This document shows positions 39,701 to 52,585 of a DNA stretch of 64,000 bases, piece after piece (positions within the stretch are counted from its first letter, which is position 1; each line of letters opens with the position of its first letter). The stretch is from Iphione sp. A-MEVVRFRX5 (lineage: Eukaryota), in NCBI GenBank assembly GCA_976226885.1, contig OZ320314.1, positions 34,534,001 to 34,598,000 on the forward strand, in the 5' to 3' direction. Both the position numbers and the translations under genes were made by a program. The notes under the pieces are model-generated. The model saw only the letters and a list, made by a program, of their open reading frames with translations. It did not search any database and was not told the DNA's origin.

Positions 39701-42356
39701 TTAAGCGTGGACGTGGACTAAGGTCGGGCCTGACGTCTTTCTGATGTTTCTTTAGCAGGTCCTGAGTGAGATGGTTGCCAGGCTTTATCAGTGATACGTG
39801 ACCCACAGTCACCCTAAAACTACCGTTCAGTTAGTGATTTATCTACATACACAAAGACACTAACCGCCCATCATTCAAACAAATAATGGCACGTTACACC
39901 TTTTTCCGAGTGCAAAAAAAAGTTCACCACATGATCAATTTTACGAGTGCCTTTCATAACAGATACTGTGATGTTTTATTTAAGTGATTGGTGGGCTCCT
40001 GCTGTGGTTTTGATTGCTAAGTCATTACGTACTGAGCACTATATTTAAATAATGATGCCACCATGAGACCTCAGTCAATGGCCAACTTCTGGCTTCAATT
40101 CGGGACTGCAATATGCCCAGAACATGGATGTATGACAAGCTGGTCATTCAAAGAGGGGACGAAGTTTGGGGGTGGGGGTTGGGGGGGTGGGCTTGGGTGA
40201 GTGGTTGGGTTGAAGACAGCACGGGAGTAGCATCTCTCTCCAGTCTGAACCCAATATGGCACCACAAGCAGCCGCTGCATTAATAATAGGCTGAAATACA
40301 ACGCTCGGGCCCCCGATATAAAAGGTAGCATCGAGAGCTCAATGCCAAGACAAGCGGAGTGCATCTTGTGTACATGCAGCTTCCTATTGTTGCCGTTGCT
40401 TAAGCCCCCGTTTCACGTACTCTAAGTCTGTGCTGCTCACGCACCAACGTCCGCGTCTGCCGGCCTCCTACAACAGTCTCGCAGGAGTTGACACCTGACC
40501 ACCTGACTCATGCGGCCAACTCTACATACTACTTGGGTAACACAAAAGCCGGCGCAGGGAAAAAAGGTAACGGGAGATAAAAACGAATATACAGAAACCG
40601 TACGGAGAAGCCATGGGCAGGGTTACCACATGTTGCTAGATTAAAATGATATAGAAGGAATAAAATGACGGAAACCGACGTCAGTGGCTCTGTCGAGGCT
40701 AAAATAAACTCGGGGTTCACAAGGACGTGCCTGCGACCAGTGGGCATGTCTAGCCAAAGATGGAGGCACCAGCAAGAAAGGGGTGTCGGGAGTGGACCAG
40801 GTCACCAATGGCTTCCGACGGTCCGCGCCATTGCTACTTCGTCCCTTTGATGTGCGCACCTATTACAATTCTGTAAAAACGGCTTGTCTGTAATTTTATA
40901 GGGCCGGATTGGGTGATGTTGCCTGCCTGTAAAATGGGGGCGGGTACACCGAATGAACCCTTGCTGGTCAGGCGCGCCTTAGCCGCACGGTCAATTTCTT
41001 AATCTTTCATGTAGCAAGCTGGCCAAACTGACTGAAAGACTCGGGAAGGGTCAAACTTGGTCAGTCACGCTGTCTCCACCTCATGTCTCTAACGTGCGTT
41101 CCATGGACCGTCTGGAAAACAGCACAAACTAATTGAAAATCACCCATGATTAGATTCCCATTTATTTCGTCATTAGAGGCGTTGGGCAATACCTGCTACA
41201 CCACCACATTCCACACACGTCCATCAACCAGCTCCCGTTCTGGTTATCTCGTTATAAATCTAAATTCGGCCGGGTTCAAGAAGGAGAATAGATGATGTAT
41301 AATTTATACGGTCTACCTGTAGTGTTAAAGGACGAAGCGATGCCACCGGGACTTGCACCCTTTACTTATTGATTGACACTCTATTACCGGATAACAATTT
41401 CGCCCCACCATCCCACCCTCACATGAAGCTTTTTACGTACGTCAGACAGGCGGCTCTAAAGCTTAATACAGTGCATAAAGCAGGCATTATAATCAACGTC
41501 GTTGTCGGCTTCCACATCAATACAATCCAACCCAAGGCCACACGTCCCGGGGTCGTGGTCAATCCTGAAACGTTAACACTGTTTTCCACCTAAAATACAG
41601 CATATTCAGAAAGTCTGCGGCGAGCGAATGATGACTATCTGACGCCCCGTTTCCAGCACCTCACTAGTGACAGTCAACAGAAAATGGCTCTACAAATGTG
41701 CTGAAAGATTCAATTTGCTACACAACCAAAAGACATCTAAACAAGTATGTAATTTTCCTTCAAGTAAGTTGAAAGTATGAGAAACATTAATTAATTCTTT
41801 TGATATAATTTGCTCTTTTTTTCTGGTAACCTTTATGGTTTGGCTTTTACATCACATAAAGCATATTTATCCATTTAACATTTAAAGATATTTATATAAT
41901 ATACATGTATTTATATATTTGTGTTATATCAAATATTCCCTAATGTATTTGCCTTCCATCATGTGCTAAAAGAAAATCCATGTTTCCCGCTACAAGACTA
42001 CCATTAACAGATACGCCATTTCCCCCCACCGCGCGATTACAACACGCACGCGGATGATTTCCCCTTTAAGAGGTGACGTGATAGAAAAAAAATACACAGT
42101 TGGCGCTCAGGACTCCCCCGTCGAGTGCCACCCGTTTCCCGCTCCCTTCACTCAAAACGATTTTCACATTGACACCGCCAATCCCTGGCGTATCAAGCTA
42201 CAGCTCACTGCCTTTCCCCCCTTCCGACTTTTCACTCCATCAGGCGGAGTTTTTTTTTTCACTCCCTAATCGAACATGAGCAAATTGAAGGCAAAAAAAA
42301 GATAGCCCGGTGAGCGAGGCGCGCGGCGGGTGCGAGTTACGCCTCCCTCGTTGGTG

Positions 42357-42383
42357 GGCGGCGGCGGCGGCGGCGGCGGCGGC
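42357..42383. repeat. (GGC)9 trinucleotide repeat in a CpG-rich block
   Basis: Seen directly. Confidence 0.95.
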
Positions 42384-43655
42384 GTTGTTTTTTATACAAC
42401 ACTTTACACAAGTCATTTTCCACGCTCTTCACATGTTCAATTGAAGCCGTCACAATGGCGGGTCTCGCGGTGGCGGCGCCTCCCAAGACGACTCCCCTAC
42501 CCAACCACCCATCCACAAACCCACCCTCCCATCTGCCTTTCCTCCACACACGCAAAGACCACCATTTAAAAGCATACACACACGGTGGCTCTCGACACAC
42601 ATGCAGACATACACCCAACCAGCCTCCTCCCCCAACACACAGCAGGCAGCCTCCACGCCCCCCCTCCCCCGCCGCCCCAACCTTCTGTCAACCGTACGCG
42701 CGCCGCTCGTTCAATTCACTTTGTTACAGGACGGCGGCTGCAAAAATCAAATTTTAATGCCTACTGCAATGAGCTGCAAACAGATCATATCGGCTGACAA
42801 TCAGACTGGAAACGTTTTGTGTAAGCCAATTACACATGTATGAAGTACAACGCGGCTTACGCATTGAGCTTTAACAGCTACACGGTGGTTTTATTTTTTC
42901 ACTTGAAATGTGATGTGTCGTTATTTACAGTCGTCTCTCTGTAATCCAGCGGCAGGAAATACTTACGGAATATCCTCTTTTAATCACTGATAAAGCCGGT
43001 ACATACCTGAAAACAGGAAAAAAACATGTTGAGTCAAAGATGAATCTACAATGGGGACCCAATGCACCGTACAATCAACTTAACCATTTGCAGCAAACAT
43101 CATAGTGTTAACATAATTAAACTGAAAAAAAGATCATCTTTAAGAAGTTGTATTTCATAAATGAGAGGAAGAATATCGAAAAGGCGACCTTCCAGGAATA
43201 ATATTAGACTGCACGCATGATACTACATATAGACGCACGATACCACATATGGATACTACACATGACTGTCTTAGATTACTGAGGATAGCTCGATTCAATG
43301 GGCACCTCTCGTCGATTCCAGTTCATAATGCTCGGGATGAAATTACTAGTGTCACAACAGAAAATCTTTTTATGAATCTGAATTTTGACGGAAAGTTGAG
43401 GCACGTGGACGCACACACCAAAATCAGCCCGTCGAGTAATCATACACAGATAAATGCCTCAGGCTTTGAAGTATATATACAATTATAAGGCGTCCTTTCC
43501 ATGCACAAAAATACGCACAGTCCTGGTTTCGAAACCAAAAAGTGTGCGCGATCATGCACAACACAGACATAACTTTCTATGTATGCATAACCAAGACAAC
43601 AGGCAAATTCGCCTGTAGGTATATCAATGAGGACTCATAGCAAATGAACAGATTA

Positions 43656-43977
43656 GGCCCAAAAAAATAGGTGTGTTTCTGGTAACGACCACCCAAAAAC
43701 CTAGGTAGGGAGGGGGGTATCTTTTTTCTTCCTTTCTACTTTCTTCCTCTGGTTTTCAATAATGATAAAGATAATATGAAGAATTTACCATTTGCAGATT
43801 TTTACTGTATTTCCATGGATTGTTTTCGATCAAATTTACCAAAAACGTACTGTGAAAACATGTATTTAAGAAAATTTAGCCTTGGAAACTCTTTGGGGCA
43901 AAACATTTTTTAGGTAGGGTGAGGTTTTACTAGGTAGGGATGGGTTACCAGAAACACACCTATTTTTTGGGGGGGCC
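43656..43977. mobile_element. 322-bp MITE, PIF/Harbinger-type
   Basis: Perfect 25-bp inverted core AAAAAATAGGTGTGTTTCTGGTAAC (43662-43686 / 43944-43968), GGCC termini and TTA target-site duplication (43653-55, 43978-80), AT-rich non-coding interior. Confidence 0.85.
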
Positions 43978-44349
43978 TTATGCATACCGGAAATATATCC
44001 GGGTGCAGGAAAACAAGTACCCAAGGGATCGACAGGTATCTGACGTCCCACGGTGTGTAAAATACCCACAGATGGGTATGGTCCATTAGATAACAGAAAC
44101 TTTATATTTCACACATTCACAGAACCGTATCCGTGTCCAGCCATTTTCATTTGTTACTTATACATTGTAGAAAGTCTATTGATAGTTGAAAGACAGTAAC
44201 TTTTCTAAACCCATTACTGCTACGACCAGCGTAAGGGTTTCTACGAAATAACACGTCCTAAGTGCTCCTTGACAAGAATAACAAAAGAATATAGAAGACC
44301 TCATATACGACGTTATGAGGGCGGGACGCGCGGGTATTGTCACAAAGTG

Positions 44350-46400
44350 TCAGACCCACATATCACATACCGGTTGCAGGCGAGGAGAACATATCTCCAG
44401 ACACAGTATACCTGTCAAAGTTCCAAATCCATATAGTGCATGCCAGAGACATGGAGACAATCAGCTCTGGCTAAACCAAATGGGGACTGATGAATAGCCC
44501 GCAAGATCATTATGAGGAGATCAAAAGCACATTGCATTACAAAACACAGGGGTAACAGGAGACTATTTCAATAGTAGTGACTACAAGGTAGTAACAGGTT
44601 GAAGTAGAAACTGAGGCGGACGTCCAATTATTATAAACTTCAATAATGAAAGATTCTCTATTCAGCTTGTTAGGCGGTCGGCATGCAGTAGGCATCTGTA
44701 TGCAGGAAATAAGAGAACAACATGATCGGTCTTTCAGTGGAAGCCTGCCCAAACTTGAAATTTGTTGTTTCAAATGATCACAGCTAAAACCCTGTGTTCT
44801 TCGTTGATGAAAGTATTCCATTGTAAGATTTATATCACAAAATGAGACAATATCTCATGTTACCTTTCGTGAATTTTAGCGAGTATTGATTGTATTGAGA
44901 TATATAAAGTTAAGTTTACATAAAACAAGAAAAAGCTCATATAAAAACATTTTGGTTATGTCCATATAAGCATATTTAATGTTTTTTACACTAAGAAAAT
45001 GTACTCCAGTTCTATTTCATCGCTGTGTTGTTGGGGTTCCATCATTACATGGGCCAAAAATTCAACTTCACAAGAAGTAAGGACAGAGGATGATTTCTAA
45101 AGAACCAGAGAGGTAGAAAACACAATGATAAATAAACTCACATCTACCTGGAAGAGTTGCCAGGACCTAGTTTATGTAGGAGAAAGCTAGAAAGTGAATT
45201 ACAGACCTTTTGACACCAAAATATGTGAACTCACCATGTTAAGAACTAAACACAGCCAGGAAAGCCATATGAGAGATAGTAAGTGCTATTTTGTAACCTA
45301 AAGAGATTGTTTGAACATTTTGGAAGGTCTGTAATGTCTGTAGCCTATACTGAAATACGTAGATAGCCCATACAAAATAGTTGACACTGACAGCTGGTTG
45401 CCCGTAAGTAAAGCTACTTTGTATAGTTTAACCTGTGAAATATGACAACTGCCCAACAAATGATGGTCTATTTTTCCTGCAAAATGATTTCAAAAGCTGA
45501 CATCATTAGAAAGACACTGGTGTACAGTCGAACTTCATCTACCAGAGTCGCAATAACTGGATATTTGCTTTAACAGACCCTAACGAAATAACTGTTTGTT
45601 ATACACTATACATTGTACTATTTATCTGGAATTCGCTATCCATAACCGGAGTTCATTTCAAGCCATTTTTACTGAATGTATATAGAAAATAGACACAGTT
45701 AACTGGATGAGGGAGAACAAAGGAATTGTCATCCATTAGAATGTGTACATAGAGTGTGTACATAAGAGCGAAATATGGGCTGTGACCTCCTAAAGGAAGA
45801 GACAACACAGTGCAGAGCAACTAACAAAAGTTAAAAGTAAAATATACATGTGTCCACAACCTCCTAAAGAAAGAAAACACAGTACAGAGTGACTAACATA
45901 GGTTAAAACAACATTAATTACTTTACTTTCTATTTAAAAGGGTTACATATGTCTACTATTATGCAAGTTTTCCCCATGAGAAGATGCATGGGTAGTAATT
46001 TTGGCAACCAGATATTTCATCATCTGTACAAATTTCAAAGAATGGAGGTACTCTGGATAATAAGGTTTGACTGTATAATAAGTAGTCATTTTGTAGAGGA
46101 AATCTATCACAACATGCCAGCCAAGTTGGGAGAAACTGACCAACAACCATCTACCATGCTAGTAAGTACTACGATTATAAATGAGCAAGAATATGGATTG
46201 AACTCATAAAGCATGATAGGGGATAAACATTATACACTATTTTGACTACTGAAGTGCTATTTGGCGACCTGCATAATATTTTCTGAACACTTGACATAAG
46301 ACACTATGATCCCTCATACATAATTTACCTGTCACCAACCTTGTGATGAAAATATGGTTAACTCCAGAATTTCAACAAATGGAAAATGTGTATTGAGATT
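44350..46400 (+). mobile_element. Decayed Penelope-like retroelement remnant(s) (RT + GIY-YIG)
   Basis: Fragments SLPKLEI (cf. SLPFLDV), KSCQDLVYVGES (45152-45187, cf. C..C...YVGET), WIFALTDPN (from 45558, cf. WI..L.T..PNGLN), and a second FDC...GETDQQ block (~46066-46146). Numerous stops; boundaries approximate. Confidence 0.4.
45785..45908. repeat. Imperfect tandem duplication of ACCTCCTAAAG..AACACAGT.CAGAG..ACTAACA..GTTAAAA
   Basis: Two copies at ~45785-45836 and ~45859-45908. Confidence 0.75.
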
Positions 46401-49400
46401 CATCTCATGTGAAATATGGTAAGATATGAAAATATCTAAACTGTAATTCAAGGATTGTTCAGGACTAGACTGAGGATCCAGTGCTGCAATGGCAGTACAT
46501 TAAAAAATAATTACAGTAAATTGTTTTTGCATTGGAAGGTGACACTTTCCAACATATATTTGATGATGCCATATAGTAACATTTCTTCTTGCAGTCAAAT
46601 TCTTTTCTGTCATTTCCCTTCTTTATTAGTTATTATCCCTTTCCATTCGTATTCCCTCTCTATTTGTTAGAATCCTCTCTCTACTACATGCTGTTAGTTA
46701 TTCCCCCTACAACCCGGTCACCTCTTTCATCAGGTCATCAGGTGTCAGTCCAATAAGTAACTGGTTTGAAGAGATTTCACTATTTTTGATATTTAGCTTT
46801 TCCCAGGTTCTTCATGTTCGTTAGTGCTTGTGTTTGTGCAATGGCGTCCGTCTGTCTTCTGAAACAATTTATGATCGTAACGACCTAGGGAAAATTTCGG
46901 TTTTATAAGTTGATGTTGGTTGTTTATACAGAGGAGCTTATAAATGAAGAGAGAATGTGGGGATTTGGGGTGAACTGTTTCCCCAAAACAATTCTTGTGT
47001 ATTTATTTCGGTAAAAGAATAACAACCAAATAGCCAATTCAGTTGGAGGGAAAAGAGGCAATGCACAGACGTTTGTTAAGTGCTGTATTCGTATTCTCTG
47101 GGTGTACATGCGCTTGTAAAAACCCGGCACGCATTGGAAGGGGCATAAGTCACCAAGCAGGGGTGGTCGGGGGTGAGGTACCCGTGCATATTTTTTTTGG
47201 TGGTGAGCTCGTTACCGGCACCAAGGATACGGGAAGTTGTATAAAGGCGGCAGGCTCCGATAGCGGGCCGGGGGTCATTACATGTAGAGGAACAATGAGC
47301 CAAGGTGCTGCTGGCGCCCGCCCTGCGCCGGATAGGTGCCAATGTATGCAGGTGTGAGAGTGGGGAACTCGACTCACCCTATGCCCTGTGCACTGGTGTT
47401 TTGTCCTCCCGACAGCCGCGTTAGTACCCTCTTCCATCCCCCCCTTTTTTCCCACTTCCAAGCATGCGGACCTGCCCCCTTCTAAACTCCATGGCGACTT
47501 CATCGCGATATGTTTGGTGATAATGCATTCCATTCAGGCGGTTCGAGACACAGCCTCCTCGCGCCTTCCATTGTTTCTTCTCCTCAACAAAAGTGGGTAC
47601 CGCTGACACTCTGGCCTAATGTCATTTTTTCCTCTCTCTGTCTCTATCAGCCTCCGGTTTCTAGTTCTTGTCCATGGGAAAGGGACACAAAGCGACGGCG
47701 TCTGCAAAGTCAGAGACAATGCCTAGTGTGCACTGAGATAAATTGGGGAGGTTGACCGGATTTGCATAATTTCTCCTGCTTCCATCTGTTGCTACATGGC
47801 CCTGAGGTGACCCCCGTCGCGCCGCTGCGAGCTGGAGCTGTCCTTCCTGGTGCCATCTGGGCTAGTCATTTACAAGTGGGCCCGCGCTCGCCACCAGCAC
47901 CGGAAACATGTGAGCGCCCCTGGGCAAACAAATGGACATATCATGTTTGGATTTTGGGACATGTGACGGGGCCGGCAAATTTAGCAATTGCGAATCGATG
48001 CACGGCTAGACACTACATATCAAAGCGAGTGTGAGAGTCATTTAGGGGTGTGGCGAGGTGCAGGGTGATGACTGACCTGGCCACCCGCACGGGGCGCTGT
48101 GGCGCAACCTGTGTCAGTTAATGAGGCACCGGCGCTGGATCACACGGCCCACACTGAGACAACTTTCGTGTCGGTCGCCGACTTTTTTTGTTTTGTTTAT
48201 TGGCAAACACAATCAAAGGCGGCCGAAGCTACAATAACGAACATATGCGTCTTCAAAGAGGGCCCCGTCCGCGGTTTGCAGACCCAAGTCGATTCCTTTT
48301 GGTTCTGTAGGACGCCTTATTTCCCCGCTACGAAGTTGACACGCCTCCATCTTACTGTGTATACACCTTAAATGCCATCGTTGGCTGGAGTATGTAGCTC
48401 AATTTTATGAATCATGCTCTCTCAAGGTCTGATGAATTCCATTAGAAAGGGGCGTCACGAATGAATGGCTTTGTTCAGCAGTCCTTATCGGTTCAGCCAT
48501 GCTTTGATGACGTTGCAAATGGGACGGCTGCAAGGGGCTTCACAATGGCAGGCTCAAGAAAGCAGCTACTGAAAGAAATACATGTACACCCGGCGTTGAA
48601 CTTCATAGACAAAGTACACGGACCAAAATATGTTGTCGAACAACGTTCTCCGTCGTCCCGTACAAATCAGTTATTACATAAAGACATGAAAGACCGTCTG
48701 TTAGAGAGACATGGCGAGATGGAGACAAAAGAATATAGATAGAGACAGCTAGACGGACAGAGGGGTAGACAGGCATACGGTCGTGGATACAGGAGTAGAC
48801 ATGATCAGCATGAAATAAAAGAGAAAACTTCCTAAAAAAAAATAACGCACAGCACCAATGAGGCAGTAGATATAATCCAGTAGATTTCTCTTTCGCCACA
48901 GTGCAACAATTACAGCGTCCCACATCACTCATAGATCAAAACGTGAAATGTGTCATTCACAATTAGCGCCTGTCAATTATAATCAGACTTTCCGCAACAG
49001 TTGGTGCCAATGCGCCCGCCGCTCCACACGCAGATTCTAATTGAAAATCACGGCAAGATCGACCAGCCTCGGCCTCATTGTGTTTATTTATGGCAGGCGA
49101 CAGCTGGGAACCGACAAGTGAAAAGGACACTAGGAAGCCATGTCACCAACGCTTGGAATACTTCACCCGTGTTTTCTATCAAGCAAATACATATGGTAAA
49201 CAGATGGTAGCGACCATTAGCTGCGGGCCTCCATATAATTACCGGGTCAGCCTCATTTGAAAGCGACTTGTCATATCAACGTGCAATTATAACACTGATC
49301 AATTGTGTCAGTCAGTCAGTCAGTCAAAAAGCACGTTCACGAACTCCCCAACTGGTTAGTATTTTTCTTGTTTGAGTTCTACGCGTGTCTCTACGAAACA

Positions 49401-50441
49401 CATGAAGCAATAATTCTATGTAAATAGGTCTGACGTTCGCGGATGACGAATCGTGGAACTTTCCACGGCGGGGAAAAAAGAGTGGGAAATCGCGTTTACC
49501 TTTTTCATCATGTTTTGCTCCACCACACAGAACTCCATCTAAAACAAAGTGAAGGATTCTAGTCGCCGCTCATGACAAGCATATACATCTTGGGCGAGTG
49601 GATCGTTCATTCTGGTCGCAGACGAACGGTTCATTCTTAAGTGTGGTTTGTCTCATCGTCATTCTAGCATTCTTATGTAAGTCTGTAGATCACTACATGT
49701 ATCCCTGCCTTTTTCAAAATCTACTGATATGTAAGGAAATAACTACTCATCCACACTCAAAAAAATAATTGGTTGAATCTACCAAAATATTGGTTAATTT
49801 TAACCAATTTCAATGGTCAATATATGTCCGACCAAACCATTGGTCATTTTGAACAATAAATTTTGGTCACAACTTCAACCAATAATTTTTGGTAGAACTA
49901 ACCAAAAGTCATGGTTAAAACAACCAATTTTATTGGTCATTTGATTCCAGAAAATTAAGAAATTGGTTTGAACTAACAATAAATTTGGTTATAATAACCA
50001 AATAATTTGGTTAGAACTACCAATATTTTGGTTGCTTCTATGTATTTATATAACCAATTTTTCTTGGTTAAGATAACCATTGTTAATTGTTTATTTTCAA
50101 GTGATTATAATTTTACTGCTTTATCTATAAAAACAAATATCACTTGAATTGTTACTTCACTTTACAATATATTACAATCATGTAGATAATGAAAGACAAA
50201 GAAAAGCAACTTATTTTCTCCAAATATCTTTATTCAAAACTAGTAGGATTACTATATGAGAAACTACACTTGATTTCTAAGTTATAATAAGATATATGTT
50301 ATAAGCTAAAGATTTCAAAGTAATCTGATACAGAATACAAAGTGGAAAAATGATATGGTAATCAAAATAAAAAATTAGCAGTGAAATATTTTATGAGATG
50401 TATAAAAACTGTACTTGAATATAGAGATCGTATCAAATATT

Positions 50442-50553
50442 TCACTTAAACAATTGTAGATACTCCATCACTCTAATGCTGTTGTGGTCATAGTTGATGA
50501 GATACTGGAATCCAAACTCACTCAGCTTCTTAACAAAGTCCATAGCAGTGAAT
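50442..50553 (-). pseudogene. Terminal-exon-like cargo inside the CACTA element: FTAMDFVKKLSEFGFQYLINYDHNSIRVMEYLQLFK*
   Basis: TTTCAATTCAACAG acceptor, 36 open codons to TGA, AATAAA ~210 nt downstream (50229-34 on - strand). An upstream exon-like segment (52203-52388) ends in AA|GTAAGT but carries stops. Confidence 0.4.
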
Positions 50554-51094
50554 CTGTTGAATTGAAATGTCTAACTTAATACATGATATGTTGAGAGAAT
50601 GATAAAAAATGAAGAACTAGCAATATATTACAGAAGAAAAAAGTACAGCCATAGAGTGAGAAAAATCAGAGTGGGATTAGAACATTACCATTGACACATA
50701 TTATAACAGAGAATATGTATTAAGGGTCAAGTCAATATACAAAATTTAGTATATACTTCATACCTACCCAGCACATCTACATATATTAACTGGAATATAT
50801 TTATGTGCATGTATACACATCTGCATGTATCTACATACATACTCTGCAAATGTATATCATACACATGCATATATACACCTATATATCCTATTGTAAGTAT
50901 ACACCTACACATAACTACAAACACCAAACTGTACAGACCTTTACATGTATATATCCCAAAACTACACAAATATAAACACCTTCATAAATATCTACATAAA
51001 TCTACACATCCATAAATGCAGTCAGAGTTGCAAACATTCATACTTATCTACACATACCTAAATATATAGAGCTCTAAATACAAATGTGACACAC

Positions 51095-51600
51095 CTACAT
51101 TCACACCTGTACTGGTGTGACTACACATAACATTGTACAGTATGACAGCTACATTTACACTGATGAAGTCTTATATGTATGCAGTATCTGTGACAAGAAT
51201 AAAACATTCACACCTACACCTACACTGGTGTAGCCGATCTCTGCAAAGCTAATAATGTCTACAACAGTAATACAGTATCTGCAGCTTCACTTATACTAGT
51301 GCAGCTTATCTCCTCAAAGCTACCCAATATCTACAACAATAATACATCTGCAGCTACACTTATACTGGTGCAGCCAATATCAGCAGCTACACTTGTACTG
51401 GTGTAACCAATCTCTATAAATGAATATGCTAAAACAATGTCCCAGCTACATTTATACTGGTGCAGCCAATCTCCACAATGGTATAGGCTGATATATGTAG
51501 GTGCACTTATACTAGTGCAACTAATATTCCCAATGCTTACAACATCTGCAACCAAAGTACAAGATTCACAGCAACACTTATACTGGTGTAGCCATTCTCT
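51095..51600. repeat. About nine degenerate copies of a ~22-bp core CACTTATACTGGTGCAGCCAAT with variable spacers, inside the CACTA element
   Basis: Copies seen near 51107, 51157, 51220, 51288, 51358, 51390, 51449, 51504 and 51575. Confidence 0.8.
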
Positions 51601-52410
51601 CCTAATGCAAGAGATCACACAACATGCACAACTAAGATGAGATACTCCCTCATAAGAACAGTTATACATATTTACACAGACCTAAATGTATGCAAATCCA
51701 CACACTATATGGTATACATACACACATACATTGTATATCCTAAAGTATGTATATACCTACACATATCTATCCACAAATATATTTATACATACCTAAACAT
51801 TATACACAATCACATCTGTACTCATCTAAATGTACACAAGTTTATACACTTATACAAACAGCTTTGGCACTGCACTTATACTTGATACAGACAGTGTGTA
51901 AGAAAGAGGTAGTATAATCATACATCCACACATATATTATACTCCTCCATACATATCTACAAATATCTAGGTATACATATTAAGACATCTTCATGTACAC
52001 AGCACCCATACACTTACACACACCTATATTACATGAAGGTATAATACAGAAATGCTTAGGGAGTAAATTCAGGTATAACAGTTTTTACCATCTGCTCATG
52101 TGGATAAGATAAGAAATCATTATAATTCCAAGCTAGAAGTTAATATCAAATCAAGAAATTTATCTCTCTTTATATGTTTGACTTAAATCAAGTTGTACTT
52201 ACTTATTTGCTTTCCTTGCTTAACCTTGGTGAAAGTTGTAGTTTTCTCTTATGAGGAACCATCCTGTCTCTCCTATGTCCAGTCCTCTTCTGTAGTAATA
52301 TGCTCAATGTAAGCGTTTTTAGGTCACTGGTCAGGCAGGGTAGTACCAGGAGCATCTGGGAGTAATTAGCAGGGCTCCCTTTCACCATCTAGGTCATTTG
52401 GTATCCTAGC

Positions 52411-52585
52411 AACCATCAACCAATTTTTATTGGTTGTATCTACCAAGCCCTTTGGTAGAAATTAAGCATAAACCAACCAAAAATGTTGGTTACAACCACC
52501 AACCAATTTTTATTGGTTGTATCTACCAAGCCCTTTGGTAGGAATTAGCATAAAACAACCAAAAATGTTGGTTACACCAACCAAT
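52411..52585. repeat. Subterminal ~75-80-bp tandem duplication with internal palindromes
   Basis: AACCAATTTTTATTGGTTGTATCTACCAAGCCCTTTGGTAG present twice. Confidence 0.9.

Noticed and set aside
47360-47374. Second U1-like 15-mer GTGGGGAACTCGACT (14/15)
   Set aside because: Isolated, with no other U1 blocks at the expected distances; about one such hit is expected by chance.
6419-51170. CTGANGA hammerhead cores
   Set aside because: None checked by eye was followed by a stem II closing onto GAAA.
51095-51600. CRISPR-like repeat-spacer appearance
   Set aside because: Eukaryotic context, inside a DNA transposon, degenerate repeats, irregular spacers, no cas genes.
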